Shown here: positions 45,765 through 55,430 of the stretch, piece by piece
Numbering within the stretch: the first letter of the stretch is position 1
Layout: each line of letters begins with the position of its first letter
Assembly (NCBI GenBank): GCA_963665345.2
Contig: OY762281.2
Location: forward strand, 1,382,563 to 1,446,562
Length of the DNA: 64,000 bases
Source of the DNA: Opitutales bacterium
Lineage (GTDB): Bacteria; Verrucomicrobiota; Verrucomicrobiia; Opitutales; CAXXNP01
Direction: 5' to 3'
The notes under the pieces: generated by a model
What the model was told of the DNA's origin: nothing
What the model saw: only the letters and a program-made list of their open reading frames with translations
Databases searched by the model: none
Made by a program: the position numbers and the translations under genes

Positions 45765-46724
45765 GTGGCGCGATCTTGCCCACAGAACCCATTTCCGCAT
45801 CATTCTTACTTTGTGAAAACCATTGATACGCAAAGACTGGAGGTTCTGGTCCGTGAAGAACCGGGTTTGCAGTTACTTGATGTGCGCCTGGCCGAAGACT
45901 ACAACGCCGGACACCTTCCCGGAGCTGCCAACAACTGCATTTTTGCTGTGACCTTTATTAACGGGATCGAGGAACGCGTGAGCGACAAAGCGGCGCCGGT
46001 CTGTGTCTATGGAGCGGGCAACGACAGCCACGAGTCGCGTATGGCCTACGAGAAACTCGACCGAAACGGGTATAGCGAAGTTTACGAGTATCGCGGAGGC
46101 GTGGCGGCCTGGCTGGACGCAGGCAGGACACTAGTCCAAGAAGGGGCCGTCGAATCGCAACTCGAAGCAAAGCCTTCACGTCTCCTCGAAGGTGAGCACC
46201 CGATCGACCTTGAAGCGAGCCTGGTTGAGTGGGCGGGACGAAATCTTGGCACCAGGCATTGGGGGACCGTGGGCCTGCAGCCGGGCGTGGTAGTGTTTTC
46301 CCATGGAATCCCGATTTCGGGACGGGTTGTCCTTGATATGACTTCGATTACCAACGCGAATCTCAGTGAAGGCCAAGGCAGGAGCATTCTGGAGGGCCAC
46401 CTCAGAAGCGACGACTTTTTTGATACTGAGCGATTCCCGAAAGCGAGCATCGTGCTGACAGCCTTCGATCTGATAAAGGAAGCCAGGGCGGGTATGCTCA
46501 ATACGAAGATCACCGGAGACCTGACTCTCAAAGGGATTACCCATCCCATGCGATTCCTTGCGGTTACCGGCCGGAACGCGGAGGGACCTTGGATTGCGCA
46601 GGGCAATTTCGACTTTGATCGCACCCGCTGGAAAATCATTTACGGCTCTGGAAGGTTCTTCCGCAACCTCGGGATGCACGTCGTTAACGACCTCATCAGC
46701 CTGCAGATCAAGATCGTGGTTTGA
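45765..46724 (+). CDS. rhodanese domain - YceI-like domain fusion protein
   Basis: The N-terminal part LLDVRLAEDYNAGHLPGAAN is rhodanese-like. The C-terminal part HLRSDDFFDTERFPKA...LTLKGITHPMRF...FDFDRTRWKI is YceI-like. The start codon is uncertain (GTG at 45765 or the downstream GTG). Confidence 0.75.
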   Translation: MARSCPQNPFPHHSYFVKTIDTQRLEVLVREEPGLQLLDVRLAEDYNAGHLPGAANNCIFAVTFINGIEERVSDKAAPVCVYGAGNDSHESRMAYEKLDRNGYSEVYEYRGGVAAWLDAGRTLVQEGAVESQLEAKPSRLLEGEHPIDLEASLVEWAGRNLGTRHWGTVGLQPGVVVFSHGIPISGRVVLDMTSITNANLSEGQGRSILEGHLRSDDFFDTERFPKASIVLTAFDLIKEARAGMLNTKITGDLTLKGITHPMRFLAVTGRNAEGPWIAQGNFDFDRTRWKIIYGSGRFFRNLGMHVVNDLISLQIKIVV

Positions 46725-46945
46725 GCCTCCTTCCGAAAATGTGGCGGCCGACTTTACAAGGTCGGCGTCTATCGATAATCGATAATAACCGGGTAGATTA
46801 AATCCCGAAAGTTTCGTGTACGGCAACATGGTTCCGGCGCGGGGTCAATCTCCAGTTGCGAACGCCGGTCTGTTATCCAACCACATCTGCTTACGTTTGT
46901 GCCATTCCACCTTGACCGGCACCATAATATACACATGGTATATCC

Positions 46946-47176
46946 ATGAAGGTTGCGAAGTTGTTCAAGAATGGAGGGAGTCAGGCAGTCCGTATCCCGA
47001 AGGCGTATGCCTTTGAGGGAGAGCGCGTAGTGATTGCGCGAGTGGGCAACGGAATCTTGATCCAGTCACTCTCGGAAGGCCTCGAGGATTGGTTTGCCTC
47101 GTTGGACTTTTCTGACGACTTCATGGCCGACGGTCGGCGCCAGCCGAACCCCCAGGAGCGGGCGTTCAGTCTTTGA
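46946..47176 (+). CDS. vapB: VapB antitoxin (AbrB/SpoVT fold)
   Basis: MKVAKLFKNGGSQAVRIPKAYAF is the classic SpoVT/AbrB antitoxin start. A 4-nt overlap links it to the PIN gene. Confidence 0.85.
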   Translation: MKVAKLFKNGGSQAVRIPKAYAFEGERVVIARVGNGILIQSLSEGLEDWFASLDFSDDFMADGRRQPNPQERAFSL

Positions 47177-47586
47177 TGCGCTACCTTCTCGACACGGATA
47201 CCTGCATCTACATTGCCAATCGACGTCCGGCGGCGGTGTTGGCGAAGTTCAAGCAAGTAGGAGTGCTACAGATAGGAGTATCAGCTGTGACGGAATATGA
47301 ACTCTATTACGGGGCAGCAAAGAGTGCCCAGAAGGAGCGGAACATGGCCTCGCTGACTCGATTTTTCGAACGTGTTAGTGTTATCACCTGGGATTCGGTC
47401 GCCGCTCACGAATCTGCGCAGATTCGCGCCGACCTGGAGAGCAAGGGCCTCCCGATAGGCGCCTACGACCTCTTGATCGCCGGACACGCAGTGAGCCGGA
47501 GACTCGTTCTCGTCACCAACAACGAGAAGGAATTCGGACGGGTGCCAGGATTGCCGATTGAGAACTGGTTCCATGGAGGGCACTAG
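47173..47586 (+). CDS. vapC: VapC PIN-domain toxin
   Basis: YLLDTDTCIYI, TEYELYYG, YDLLIAGHA and VTNNEKEF carry the PIN acidic residues. Confidence 0.88.
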   Translation: MMRYLLDTDTCIYIANRRPAAVLAKFKQVGVLQIGVSAVTEYELYYGAAKSAQKERNMASLTRFFERVSVITWDSVAAHESAQIRADLESKGLPIGAYDLLIAGHAVSRRLVLVTNNEKEFGRVPGLPIENWFHGGH

Positions 47587-47626
47587 AGTCGTGTCCGAAT
47601 AGGGTCCCAGGAAACCGGCGAACAGT

Positions 47627-48440
47627 ATGATAGGCAGTCGCGAACTTTACGATCTGGGCACCGGTTTGGACTCACGATCGATCTCGTTCGAAAATCCAAC
47701 TGGTGGGAAAGGTGCTGGAGGCCATGCAGCCCGTCCTGAAACGGGGGTGGGACGAAAGGGTCGCCCTTCGATTGTGATCGATTCGGGAGAAAGCGTCTCC
47801 CTAGCCGATATCGAGGGACCGGGAACGATTCGAGTTGATCAACGAGAGTGGAGTGGAAGCGCGATTCTATTACCAGATGGATTACACGATTGGCGACCGC
47901 CACCAGGAGGATTTCGGGAGGTTGCACGTGCTCTTCCGGCGAGAAAACCCTACTACTTTGAAGGAGGATTTTGAGCTATTGCCCAAACGCGTCAGCAGGG
48001 GTCGTTACCTCGGTGCTGTCATCGGCGCCCGCATCCTTGACCGCACGCACTGGTGGGGCGAAGGGGAGGCGAAAATCTATCTCGATGGCGATCGTGAATT
48101 TCCCAGCATTTGTACAACGGGGTCGGAAGACTACGCATGCCTGGGATTTGAGGTTCAGGAAACTACGCATCCTTACGGTGGCTGCACCCTGTGCCGCGAC
48201 GAGTTTGTTTCCTTCTACCGCTGGCACCTTCCCGATCCCGTTTATTGGAAAAAAGACATCCGCGTCACCATCCAGCAACTCGGTATAGAGAAGGGCATCC
48301 TATTCGAGCGCCAGGACGATTGGTGTTGTTCGAGTTTCTGGTACGAACCGGTGTCGAGTGCCCCCCTGCCGAGCTTCTCTGATATCACGGATCGTCTGGC
48401 GGATATATGGTCCCTGATTCGCAGTGGAAGCGACGGGTAG
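47627..48440 (+). pseudogene. DUF2961 (GH172-like) family gene with internal deletion and frameshift
   Basis: ISFENPTGGKGAGG...IEGPGTIR is in one frame. After a frame change comes ..FYYQMDYT...WWGEGEAKIYLDGD...TGSEDY. The central conserved block is missing. Confidence 0.65.
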
Positions 48441-48672
48441 GGCGAATCCCAAAAGAGATCGGGGTGAACTGCAGACCTCGGCACGCGGTTCATCCCGAGG
48501 CTGTCCGCGGCAAGCCGGGACTATATCGGGATTCGCCCTACCCAATACAGCAGCACGGAATTCTGATAAAGGGTCTGTTACGATTCCCGAGTCAGCGGAG
48601 TGCGGTCCCAGATGTCGTAATTGAACTTGATCATTCGTTGTAGATCGCTACTGGGTCTCCCTGGGCGTATCG

Positions 48673-48781
48673 GACCCGCCCCGGCTTTCAACCACCCCTC
48701 CCGAGAGGGGAACTTCGCCTAACGGTAGCCATCCATAATGATCCCCCCCCTCGGAGGGGTGGCCAAAGGCCGGGGTGGGTC
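48673..48781. repeat. MITE-like long inverted repeat (~38-nt arms, ~32-nt loop)
   Basis: GACCCGCCCCGGCTTTCAACCACCCCTCCCGAGAGGGG ... CCCCCCCCTCGGAGGGGTGGCCAAAGGCCGGGGTGGGTC. Each arm also holds a local CCCCTC/GAGGGG mini-hairpin. Confidence 0.55.
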
Positions 48782-48884
48782 GAGCGTTGAACCTGTCGAC
48801 GCAGTTCCAGAATAGCAATATATCCAGGGACGCCCATGTTTTAGGGGGGGGGCAATCTAATCGCTTCGTTCATTCTACGGCGAA

Positions 48885-49815
48885 TCAGCTCGCTGAATTT
48901 GGCTGGAGCGTAAGTCGCTCCGCCTGGCTGCGCAGGACCTCTGCGTTGAGACTCACTGGATCCCATTGGGCATAGAGCCGGCTTTCCAGGTCTCGTCGAA
49001 TCGCGGCGAATTCGGCACGGCTGGAAAGATCGTTGAGCTCTTCCGGATCCCTCTCGACGTCGTAGAGTTCCGGTTCCTCGTTAAGGCTTTGGACGAGCTT
49101 GTAAGATCCCTTACGTAAGGCGGCCAGGGGCCGGTCCACCCAGGTTCCATAGTGTTCCACCAGGGCTTCATCTTTCCAGGCAGGATGCTTGCCGCGGGCG
49201 AGGGCAATGAATTCATTGCCGTCCAGCGGCATGGTGTGAGCTACCTCCGCTACCGAGGCAATCGTAGCGGCCAGGTCGATGAGCGAGACCACTGCCTCCG
49301 CGCGCTTTCCAGAGGGCAGGTGGTCCGGCCAGCGGGCGATGAGCGGAACGCGGGCGCAGGGTTCGAACATGGAGGACTTATTCCAGAGGCCGTGCTCCCC
49401 CAGCATTTCTCCGTGGTCACTGGTGTAAATGACGAGCGTGTCCTGCTCCTGGCCGGAATCACGGAGGGCATCGAGAATCAACCCGATGCGCTCATCGATA
49501 CGTGTGATGAGGGCATAGTAGGTCAGGCGCGCGCGTCGCACGAGATCGTCCGGGTAGAGGCCCTCGTGGGGTGTGCCGGGCAGCTCGCAAGCGCCAGTGC
49601 ACGGGATGCTACATCGCTAAATGACCCTCTGGAATTGCAGGCATGTCGATCTCTTCCGACCGGTAGCTATCGAGGTAGGTTTGCTCCACGGCCCATCGCG
49701 GATGGGGAGAAAGGAAACTGGCTACCATTGCCCACGGCTGGTTGCTTTGTGCTCTTTCCTGAATGAAGTCGACAGCCGCAGGAGCGATGGCGTCATCAAC
49801 TGAATTGGGTCTGCC
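48885..49815 (-). pseudogene. sulfatase gene, 5'-truncated and frameshifted
   Basis: The C-terminal half is intact-looking (LVIYTSDHGEMLGEHGLWNKSSMFE). The upstream piece (..ASFLSPHP..YLDSY..) is in another frame, with the break near 49610. The N-terminal catalytic CxPxR region is absent. Confidence 0.72.
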
Positions 49816-49833
49816 CACGGCGGGGTTAAGGCG

Positions 49834-50142
49834 GTGCTGATGACCGGGCACCGCGTGGTCGCCGGCCGGACGTCGGTAACCTATGGCGCCAGCAAGCATG
49901 CCCTGCGAGTGCTGACCGACGGTCTCCGCGCGGAACTGGCCGCAAAGAAGAGCCCGGTCAAGGTTGCCATGATATCTCCCGGCATGGTGCGCACGGAATG
50001 GCACAGCCGCGCGCGCCACGAATACGAATACCGGCCACTCGAACCCGAGGACATTGCGGACGTGGCCATGTATATTCTTTCTGCGCCACGCCACCTACAG
50101 GTGTGCGATGTGCTCGTCCGCTCAATCGAGCAGGCTGTTTAA
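49834..50142 (+). pseudogene. 3' fragment of an SDR oxidoreductase
   Basis: YGASKHAL (YxxxK) ... VAMISPGMVRTEW ... DIADVAMYILSAP. The Rossmann N-terminus is missing. Confidence 0.6.
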
Positions 50143-50164
50143 GCCCTCGTTTCCTCTCGATCAT

Positions 50165-50953
50165 CTCACCTTCGCCCACGCTTTAAAGAACGCCGATTAC
50201 AGCTGCGCCTGCACCGGTGTTCGCGGCGCCGTTCGATCTGCGCGTGACATGGGCGGACTGGGCCTTGAGTCCCTTCCCGGCAGCAAAGATTACGAGATTA
50301 CGAAGAGCGCCGTTGAATTCATCGGACGTGATCATCGGCGTCCCTTCTGCCTGCAAGTAAACCACAGGTGGATTCACGTTCCCATCGAGCCTTAACCGGA
50401 AAGAGAGGCCAAATTCGAGAGATTTGTCGATCGCAGGTGTGCTTGGAAGAATTCGGCCTATGCGGCCGTTATGGAACAAATCGACAACAGCGTATCACAA
50501 ATTCTCGCCGCACTGGATGCTGCCTGCTCTCGGGATAACACGGTCGTCATGTTCCTCCCTGACCACGGTGGATTTCTTGCTATGATGACGAAACCTGCAC
50601 TTCGAACTTGCCCCTGCGCGAGGGCAAAGCCAGTCTCTACGAAGGCGGTATTCGCGTTCCATGGATCGTGCGGTGGCCCGGCGTTACGCCCCGAGGAATG
50701 AACTGCCGTCAACCATGTCGATCTCTTCCCCACCGTGCTCGAGATTTCGGGTGCGCGAATCCCGGCCGACTATAAGCTTGATGGGCAGAGCCTGATGCCC
50801 CTTTTAAAAAGCTCTCCCAGCCCGGAGTGGAAAGCTCGAACCTTCTTCTGGCACTGGCCTCATTACCGCCGAACCATGGCTTGCATCCGCCAGCTCGCTC
50901 AGTGCATCCTGGGTAATTGCGGCAAATGGTCAAAATGCCCGTCGCGGGAGTAG
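50165..50953 (+). pseudogene. second sulfatase gene, multiply frameshifted
   Basis: Pieces lie in three frames: LTFAHALKNADY..; [28 protein letters not shown]; [26 protein letters not shown]; [30 protein letters not shown]. Confidence 0.6.
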
Positions 50954-51285
50954 AGGAACAAATGGCTCTCCACCGTCAGGGCAGCAATCCAAAGGTCGTT
51001 TGTCGGTATCGGCGTTCCCTGTTTTCTCAATTGAAAGAAGAGGTGCGCATAATGATGGCTGGTGTTTTCTGTAGGATAGAGCACTTCCACCCGCGAGAAT
51101 TGCAGAAACCGAATCAGAACGCGCTCGTTTTCGCGCGCCTTGGCCCCGCAGAGAAATCCCGCCCTTAATTCCGCGATCGTGATGAAGGGAAGATAAATCT
51201 TTTCCGCCAACTACACCCGATCAACCGCCTCGGGGTGGTTCGCGCAGAAATCCCGGTAACGGTTGGTGTCGATTACGATCTTCAC
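50899..51285 (-). pseudogene. PIN-domain toxin with an in-frame TAG at codon 25
   Basis: GTG at 51285 overlaps the antitoxin stop (GTGA). The gene reads VKIVIDTNRYRDFCANHPEAVDRV*LAEKIYLPFITIAEL...TNDLWIAA..., with the TAG at 51213-51211. Confidence 0.7.
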
Positions 51286-51524
51286 CCCCACATTCCCGGA
51301 TCAATGCGATCCATCTCCTCCACCGCCCGGTCGAACGCCGGGTCCTCAACCCACGTTCCCGCCAGTTTGTCCAGATCATGGTAACGGATTCCCCCCCCAT
51401 CGATCCCAACGCCCAAAGTCAGCGCCTCCAGTGCCGTGTCATTAAGGCTCTTATTCGCTTCCCGCGCGCGCTTCCGCAGGGCGCGGTCCACCGCTTCAGG
51501 CACCTTTCGTATCGTATATTGCAT
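51282..51524 (-). CDS. RHH (FitA/Arc-like) antitoxin
   Basis: MQYTIRKVPEAVDRALRKRAREANKSLNDTALEAL is a typical RHH antitoxin N-terminus, and the gene is coupled to the PIN gene. Confidence 0.7.
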   Translation of the reverse strand: MQYTIRKVPEAVDRALRKRAREANKSLNDTALEALTLGVGIDGGGIRYHDLDKLAGTWVEDPAFDRAVEEMDRIDPGMWG

Positions 51525-51831
51525 GCTGCCTAAAAAATATGCCTGTAAACCAGGCTAATTTTGCCTACATGTCAACTAAGCGGTCACAGAAACGACGCCA
51601 TTCCTTGATCAAATGCCGTCAGGCTACGTTTTTTCCCGAGCAGGAATGAGAGAGAAAATCTTTTTTCAGACATAAAGTGATTGACGCTTGCCGATTTCTC
51701 GAGAACTCATCTCGCTGGTAATACCTAACCCGGAAATCTCACAAATTCCGGATTTGCCCACGCCCGCTTTTCCGCACTCGATACAGGCGAACCTCTGCGG
51801 CGCTAACCGATTCCCTTTCCGATGGGTGCCG

Positions 51832-52131
51832 TTAGTGTTTGCTCGACTCCGTGACGACCTTGGCGTAGAGATTCTCAAAGGTCTGCCTAAGCGGGTGGGT
51901 GGACGAGACGAGGAAGCCGTGCACGCCCTCGGTCCACCACTTGGTTACCGCTTCGGGGTGCATGGGATCGTGCGAGGCCATGCTGATGGCGCAGCGGCCG
52001 CGCACCTGACCGATGATGTCACGCAGCGCCTGCTCCACATCAGGGTGATCGGGATTCCCGGAATGACCGAGTGATTGGGCCAGGTCCGATGGACCAAGAA
52101 AGAGCATTTCGGAATGGACAAGATCGAAATG
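51832..52131 (-). pseudogene. 3' fragment of an HpcH/HpaI-type aldolase gene
   Basis: ..MLFLGPSDLAQSLGHSGNPDHPDVEQAL..I......G resembles the C-terminal third of HpcH-family aldolases. No N-terminal part is present. Confidence 0.45.
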
Positions 52132-52190
52132 CGGATGCTGTGTTCCGGGCCTTGACAATGGTAAGCTGTGTAGTGATTTATACTCAAAAT

Positions 52191-52448
52191 ATGAGTAAAC
52201 GCCTTCAAGTAGTGATGGATGAGAGAGAATTCGCCGAAATCGAAGCGGTTGCGCGGCAGTCTGCCATGTCTGTCTCCGAATGGGTCCGCCAAACGTTGCG
52301 AACCGCGCGTGATACAAATCCGAGCGGGGAAGTAGGAAAAAAGCTGGAGAGAATTCGATCGTCCACGCGCCACGAATTTCCTTCTGGAGAGATCGACGAC
52401 ATGCTGAGCGAAATCGAACGAGGTTACCTTGAAACGAAAACTGAATGA
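52191..52448 (+). CDS. CopG/RHH-family antitoxin
   Basis: [37 protein letters not shown] 4-nt overlap links it to the following PIN gene. Confidence 0.7.
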   Translation: MSKRLQVVMDEREFAEIEAVARQSAMSVSEWVRQTLRTARDTNPSGEVGKKLERIRSSTRHEFPSGEIDDMLSEIERGYLETKTE

Positions 52449-52849
52449 TCTTTATCGATTCTAATATACCGATGTATCTGGTTGGTTCATCCCATCCGCA
52501 TAAGATCGATGCCCAGTTTCAGCTTGAGGCTGCGATTTCGGCACGTTTGAAATTGGTCACCGACGCGGAAGTATACCAGGAGATCCTCCACCGATATATG
52601 GCGATTAATCGGAAGGATGCTATCCAACCGGCATTCGATGCCCTTTCCGGTGTTGTGGATCAGGTATTTCCGATAGAATTGGAGGATGTCGAACGAGCGA
52701 AGGAAATCTTGTTTGGCGCACTCGATTGTTCGGCACGCGACTCTATACACTTGGCAACCATGGAACGTTTTGGTGTTGATCAGATCTTGACTTTTGATCG
52801 GGGATTCGACGCCTATCCAGGCGTGCGTCGCCTATCCGCGCCACACTGA
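52445..52849 (+). CDS. PIN-domain (VapC-like) toxin
   Basis: [32 protein letters not shown] and ILTFDRGF carry the PIN acidic residues. Confidence 0.82.
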   Translation: MIFIDSNIPMYLVGSSHPHKIDAQFQLEAAISARLKLVTDAEVYQEILHRYMAINRKDAIQPAFDALSGVVDQVFPIELEDVERAKEILFGALDCSARDSIHLATMERFGVDQILTFDRGFDAYPGVRRLSAPH

Positions 52850-52870
52850 CCCTGACCGAAAGTCCGGCAA

Positions 52871-53845
52871 TTAATAGCAACCCGCGATCCGAGCTCTTTG
52901 CTGGAGGAGTGGGAGGACAACGTCAATTGTTGGAGTATCTACTTCTACCAGGCGACCCATCTCCTGAACAACGGTTAAAAGGGCGTTGATCTCCATGGGC
53001 CGGCCACGTTCGAGATCTTGTAACATCGAAGTCTTGTGTGCCCCCACGGCCGCGGCGCCAGCGATGCGCCGCTCGACATCGACTCCGAAACGCACCCCCA
53101 ACTTTTCACCGATCGCCTGGGCTTCCAGCATCATCGCGCGCGCCACCGTTCGGGTGCCGGGCTGTGTGGCTATCACATCCAGTGTTGCCAGGGTAAGCGC
53201 GCTGATCGGGTTAAAGCAGAGGTTGCCCCACAGTTTGACCCAAATTTCATTCCGGATATGGGCGCGCAGCGGCGCTTTCAATCCCGCTCTGCGTAAACTG
53301 TCGCTCAATTTTTTGACTCGGTCGGTCTTTTCCCCGCTGGGCTCGCCTACGCTGAATCGATCGCCGTCGATGTGCCGTATGACTCCGGGTTCGGACACTT
53401 CGGTGGCCGGATATACAACACAGCCGATGGCCCGCTCCGGACCAATTTTCTCCCACTGCTCACCTGCTGGATCTACGCTCGCAAGCCTGTGATCCCGCCA
53501 CGCCCCTTCAAGTCGATAGAAATACCAGAACGGTATTCCGTTGTAGGCCGTCACGACCGCCGTATCTGGACCGAGCAAAGGCTGTATGGTATCGACGATG
53601 CCAGGAATCGAAGGGGCTTTGAGCGTGATGATAACGTAGTCCTGGAAACCAACTTCGCCTGGATCGTCCGTGCAGGTCGGATGGGCCAGGTGCTCCTCGC
53701 CTCGGATGCACAGCTTCAGACCCTGCGTTTGCATTGCTTTGAGGTGCGGTCCACGGGCGATCAAGGTAACCTCATCGCCCGCGAGCGCCAATTGCACACC
53801 CAAGTAGCCGCCGATCGCACCGGCGCCGTATATGCAGATCCGCAT
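52871..53845 (-). CDS. panE: 2-dehydropantoate 2-reductase (ApbA/PanE family)
   Basis: MRICIYGAGAIGGYLGVQLALAGDEVTLIARG is the signature N-terminus. Confidence 0.82.
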   Translation of the reverse strand: MRICIYGAGAIGGYLGVQLALAGDEVTLIARGPHLKAMQTQGLKLCIRGEEHLAHPTCTDDPGEVGFQDYVIITLKAPSIPGIVDTIQPLLGPDTAVVTAYNGIPFWYFYRLEGAWRDHRLASVDPAGEQWEKIGPERAIGCVVYPATEVSEPGVIRHIDGDRFSVGEPSGEKTDRVKKLSDSLRRAGLKAPLRAHIRNEIWVKLWGNLCFNPISALTLATLDVIATQPGTRTVARAMMLEAQAIGEKLGVRFGVDVERRIAGAAAVGAHKTSMLQDLERGRPMEINALLTVVQEMGRLVEVDTPTIDVVLPLLQQRARIAGCY

Positions 53846-55383
53846 CAGGTGATTCCCAGCTTTTCAGCGAGACCGATGCGCTGTATTTTTCCCGTCGGGC
53901 CCTTAGGGATCTCGTCGAGGAACAACACTGTGCGAGGCACCTTGAAATTCGCCAGGCGCGCCGAGGCAAATGCCTGGACATCGTGTTCAGAAGCCTCGGA
54001 TCCCTCCCGCAGCACAATGGCCACGGCGACTTCCTCGCCCAGCTTCTCATGCGGCTTGGCAAACGTCACCACCTGCTCCACAGCCGGATGATCCATGAGC
54101 ACATCGTCGACTTCGCGCGGGGAAATCTTCTCGCCACCCCGATTGATGATCTCCTTGAGCCGCCCAGTTATGGTCAGGTATCCATCCTTGCCCATTACTC
54201 CCTGATCACCTGTTCGAAACCAACCGTTAGTGAAGTTCTCGGCATTGGCCTTGGAGTTATTCTCGTATCCCGGGGTAACGTTGGGACCACGGATGACCAC
54301 TTCACCCACCGCTCCGGCCGCCAGCAACGAGCCCTGCTCATCCATAATCGACACTTCCGGACCGGCGGCGGGGCCCACTGTCCCCGGCTTTCGCTGTGCG
54401 GGCGGCAGTGGATTGCAGGTCATCTGGTGCGCCGCCTCCGTCATCGCGTAGGCCTCCACGACCGGCGCGTTAAAGACTTCCTCGAGTCGCTGCATCACCT
54501 GTGGCGGCAGAGATGCTGAGGAAGAACGAATGAAGCGGAGGCGCGCCGCATCGACGATTTCCTGATTTCGCCTGGCGAGGCTCAGAATTACCTGATGCAT
54601 CGTCGGAACCACGGTGTACCAAGTCGGCTTGGCCTCCTCCAACCAGGAGAAAAACCGTAGTCCATTGAAGCCGGGTGTGCAGAACACACTGGCACCGGCA
54701 CGCAGCGTTGAAAGGATCGCCGCTATCAGACCGTGGATGTGAAAAAGTGGCATCACATTCAGGCAGTGATCGTCCGGCGTCAGCGCCAACGTCTCGTAGA
54801 TGTGTTCGGCTGAGGCGCACACGTTCCGATGAGTCAGTGGCACGATTTTCGGTCGCGACGTGGTTCCCGAGGTGTGCAGAACCAGGGCCACGTCATCAGC
54901 GGCCGCCTCGCCATCGGAACTCGCGGGAACCGCGTCTCCCGTGCCAAGCCCAGGGCCCGGCACGATGTCAAACCGTCCTGCGGACAGGCTTGTGTCGATA
55001 ACCATCTCAAGCACCGGTATGTTGAGCGAGCGCGCAGCTTCGATGGCGGGTGAGGTGCTTCCTTGCTCCACAAGAAGCGCCTTTGCCCGGAGGTCGGAAA
55101 GATAGAATTCAAACTCCTCTCTCCGGTAAGCGGGATTGAGGGGCGCCGTGGTCGCACAGGCTGCAATCGAGACAAATGCCACCGCCATTTCGGGGCCGTT
55201 CGGCAGGACGATGGCGACGCGCTGGTTGCGGCAAATACCCAGCCCGTTCAACCTCGCCACGATCTGCTCAACCTGCTTCCGCAACCCTTCGTAAGTGAGT
55301 CCCCCGCGCCCCCTCGCGGCAATGGCAATGGCATCGCCATTGCCGATCGAAAGCAGGTTCGTGATGGTTGAAGATTCAGACAT
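53845..55383 (-). CDS. AMP-forming acyl-CoA synthetase/ligase (ANL superfamily)
   Basis: LHTSGTTSRPK (A3/P-loop), YAMTE, TGDQG and the GRLKEIINRGGEKISPRE motif are present. Confidence 0.9.
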   Translation of the reverse strand: MSESSTITNLLSIGNGDAIAIAARGRGGLTYEGLRKQVEQIVARLNGLGICRNQRVAIVLPNGPEMAVAFVSIAACATTAPLNPAYRREEFEFYLSDLRAKALLVEQGSTSPAIEAARSLNIPVLEMVIDTSLSAGRFDIVPGPGLGTGDAVPASSDGEAAADDVALVLHTSGTTSRPKIVPLTHRNVCASAEHIYETLALTPDDHCLNVMPLFHIHGLIAAILSTLRAGASVFCTPGFNGLRFFSWLEEAKPTWYTVVPTMHQVILSLARRNQEIVDAARLRFIRSSSASLPPQVMQRLEEVFNAPVVEAYAMTEAAHQMTCNPLPPAQRKPGTVGPAAGPEVSIMDEQGSLLAAGAVGEVVIRGPNVTPGYENNSKANAENFTNGWFRTGDQGVMGKDGYLTITGRLKEIINRGGEKISPREVDDVLMDHPAVEQVVTFAKPHEKLGEEVAVAIVLREGSEASEHDVQAFASARLANFKVPRTVLFLDEIPKGPTGKIQRIGLAEKLGIT

Positions 55384-55430
55384 CTTTCGATTTAATGTTA
55401 TTCGGTATTTGCGAATTCCAAGTGCCCTTC

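Noticed and set aside
46927-46943. Small palindrome ATATAC acatg GTATAT and a TTGACC box upstream of vapB as a defined promoter/operator
   Set aside because: The arms are only 6 bp, and the -35/-10 spacing does not fit a canonical sigma-70 promoter. It is plausible as a VapB operator but not supportable from sequence alone.
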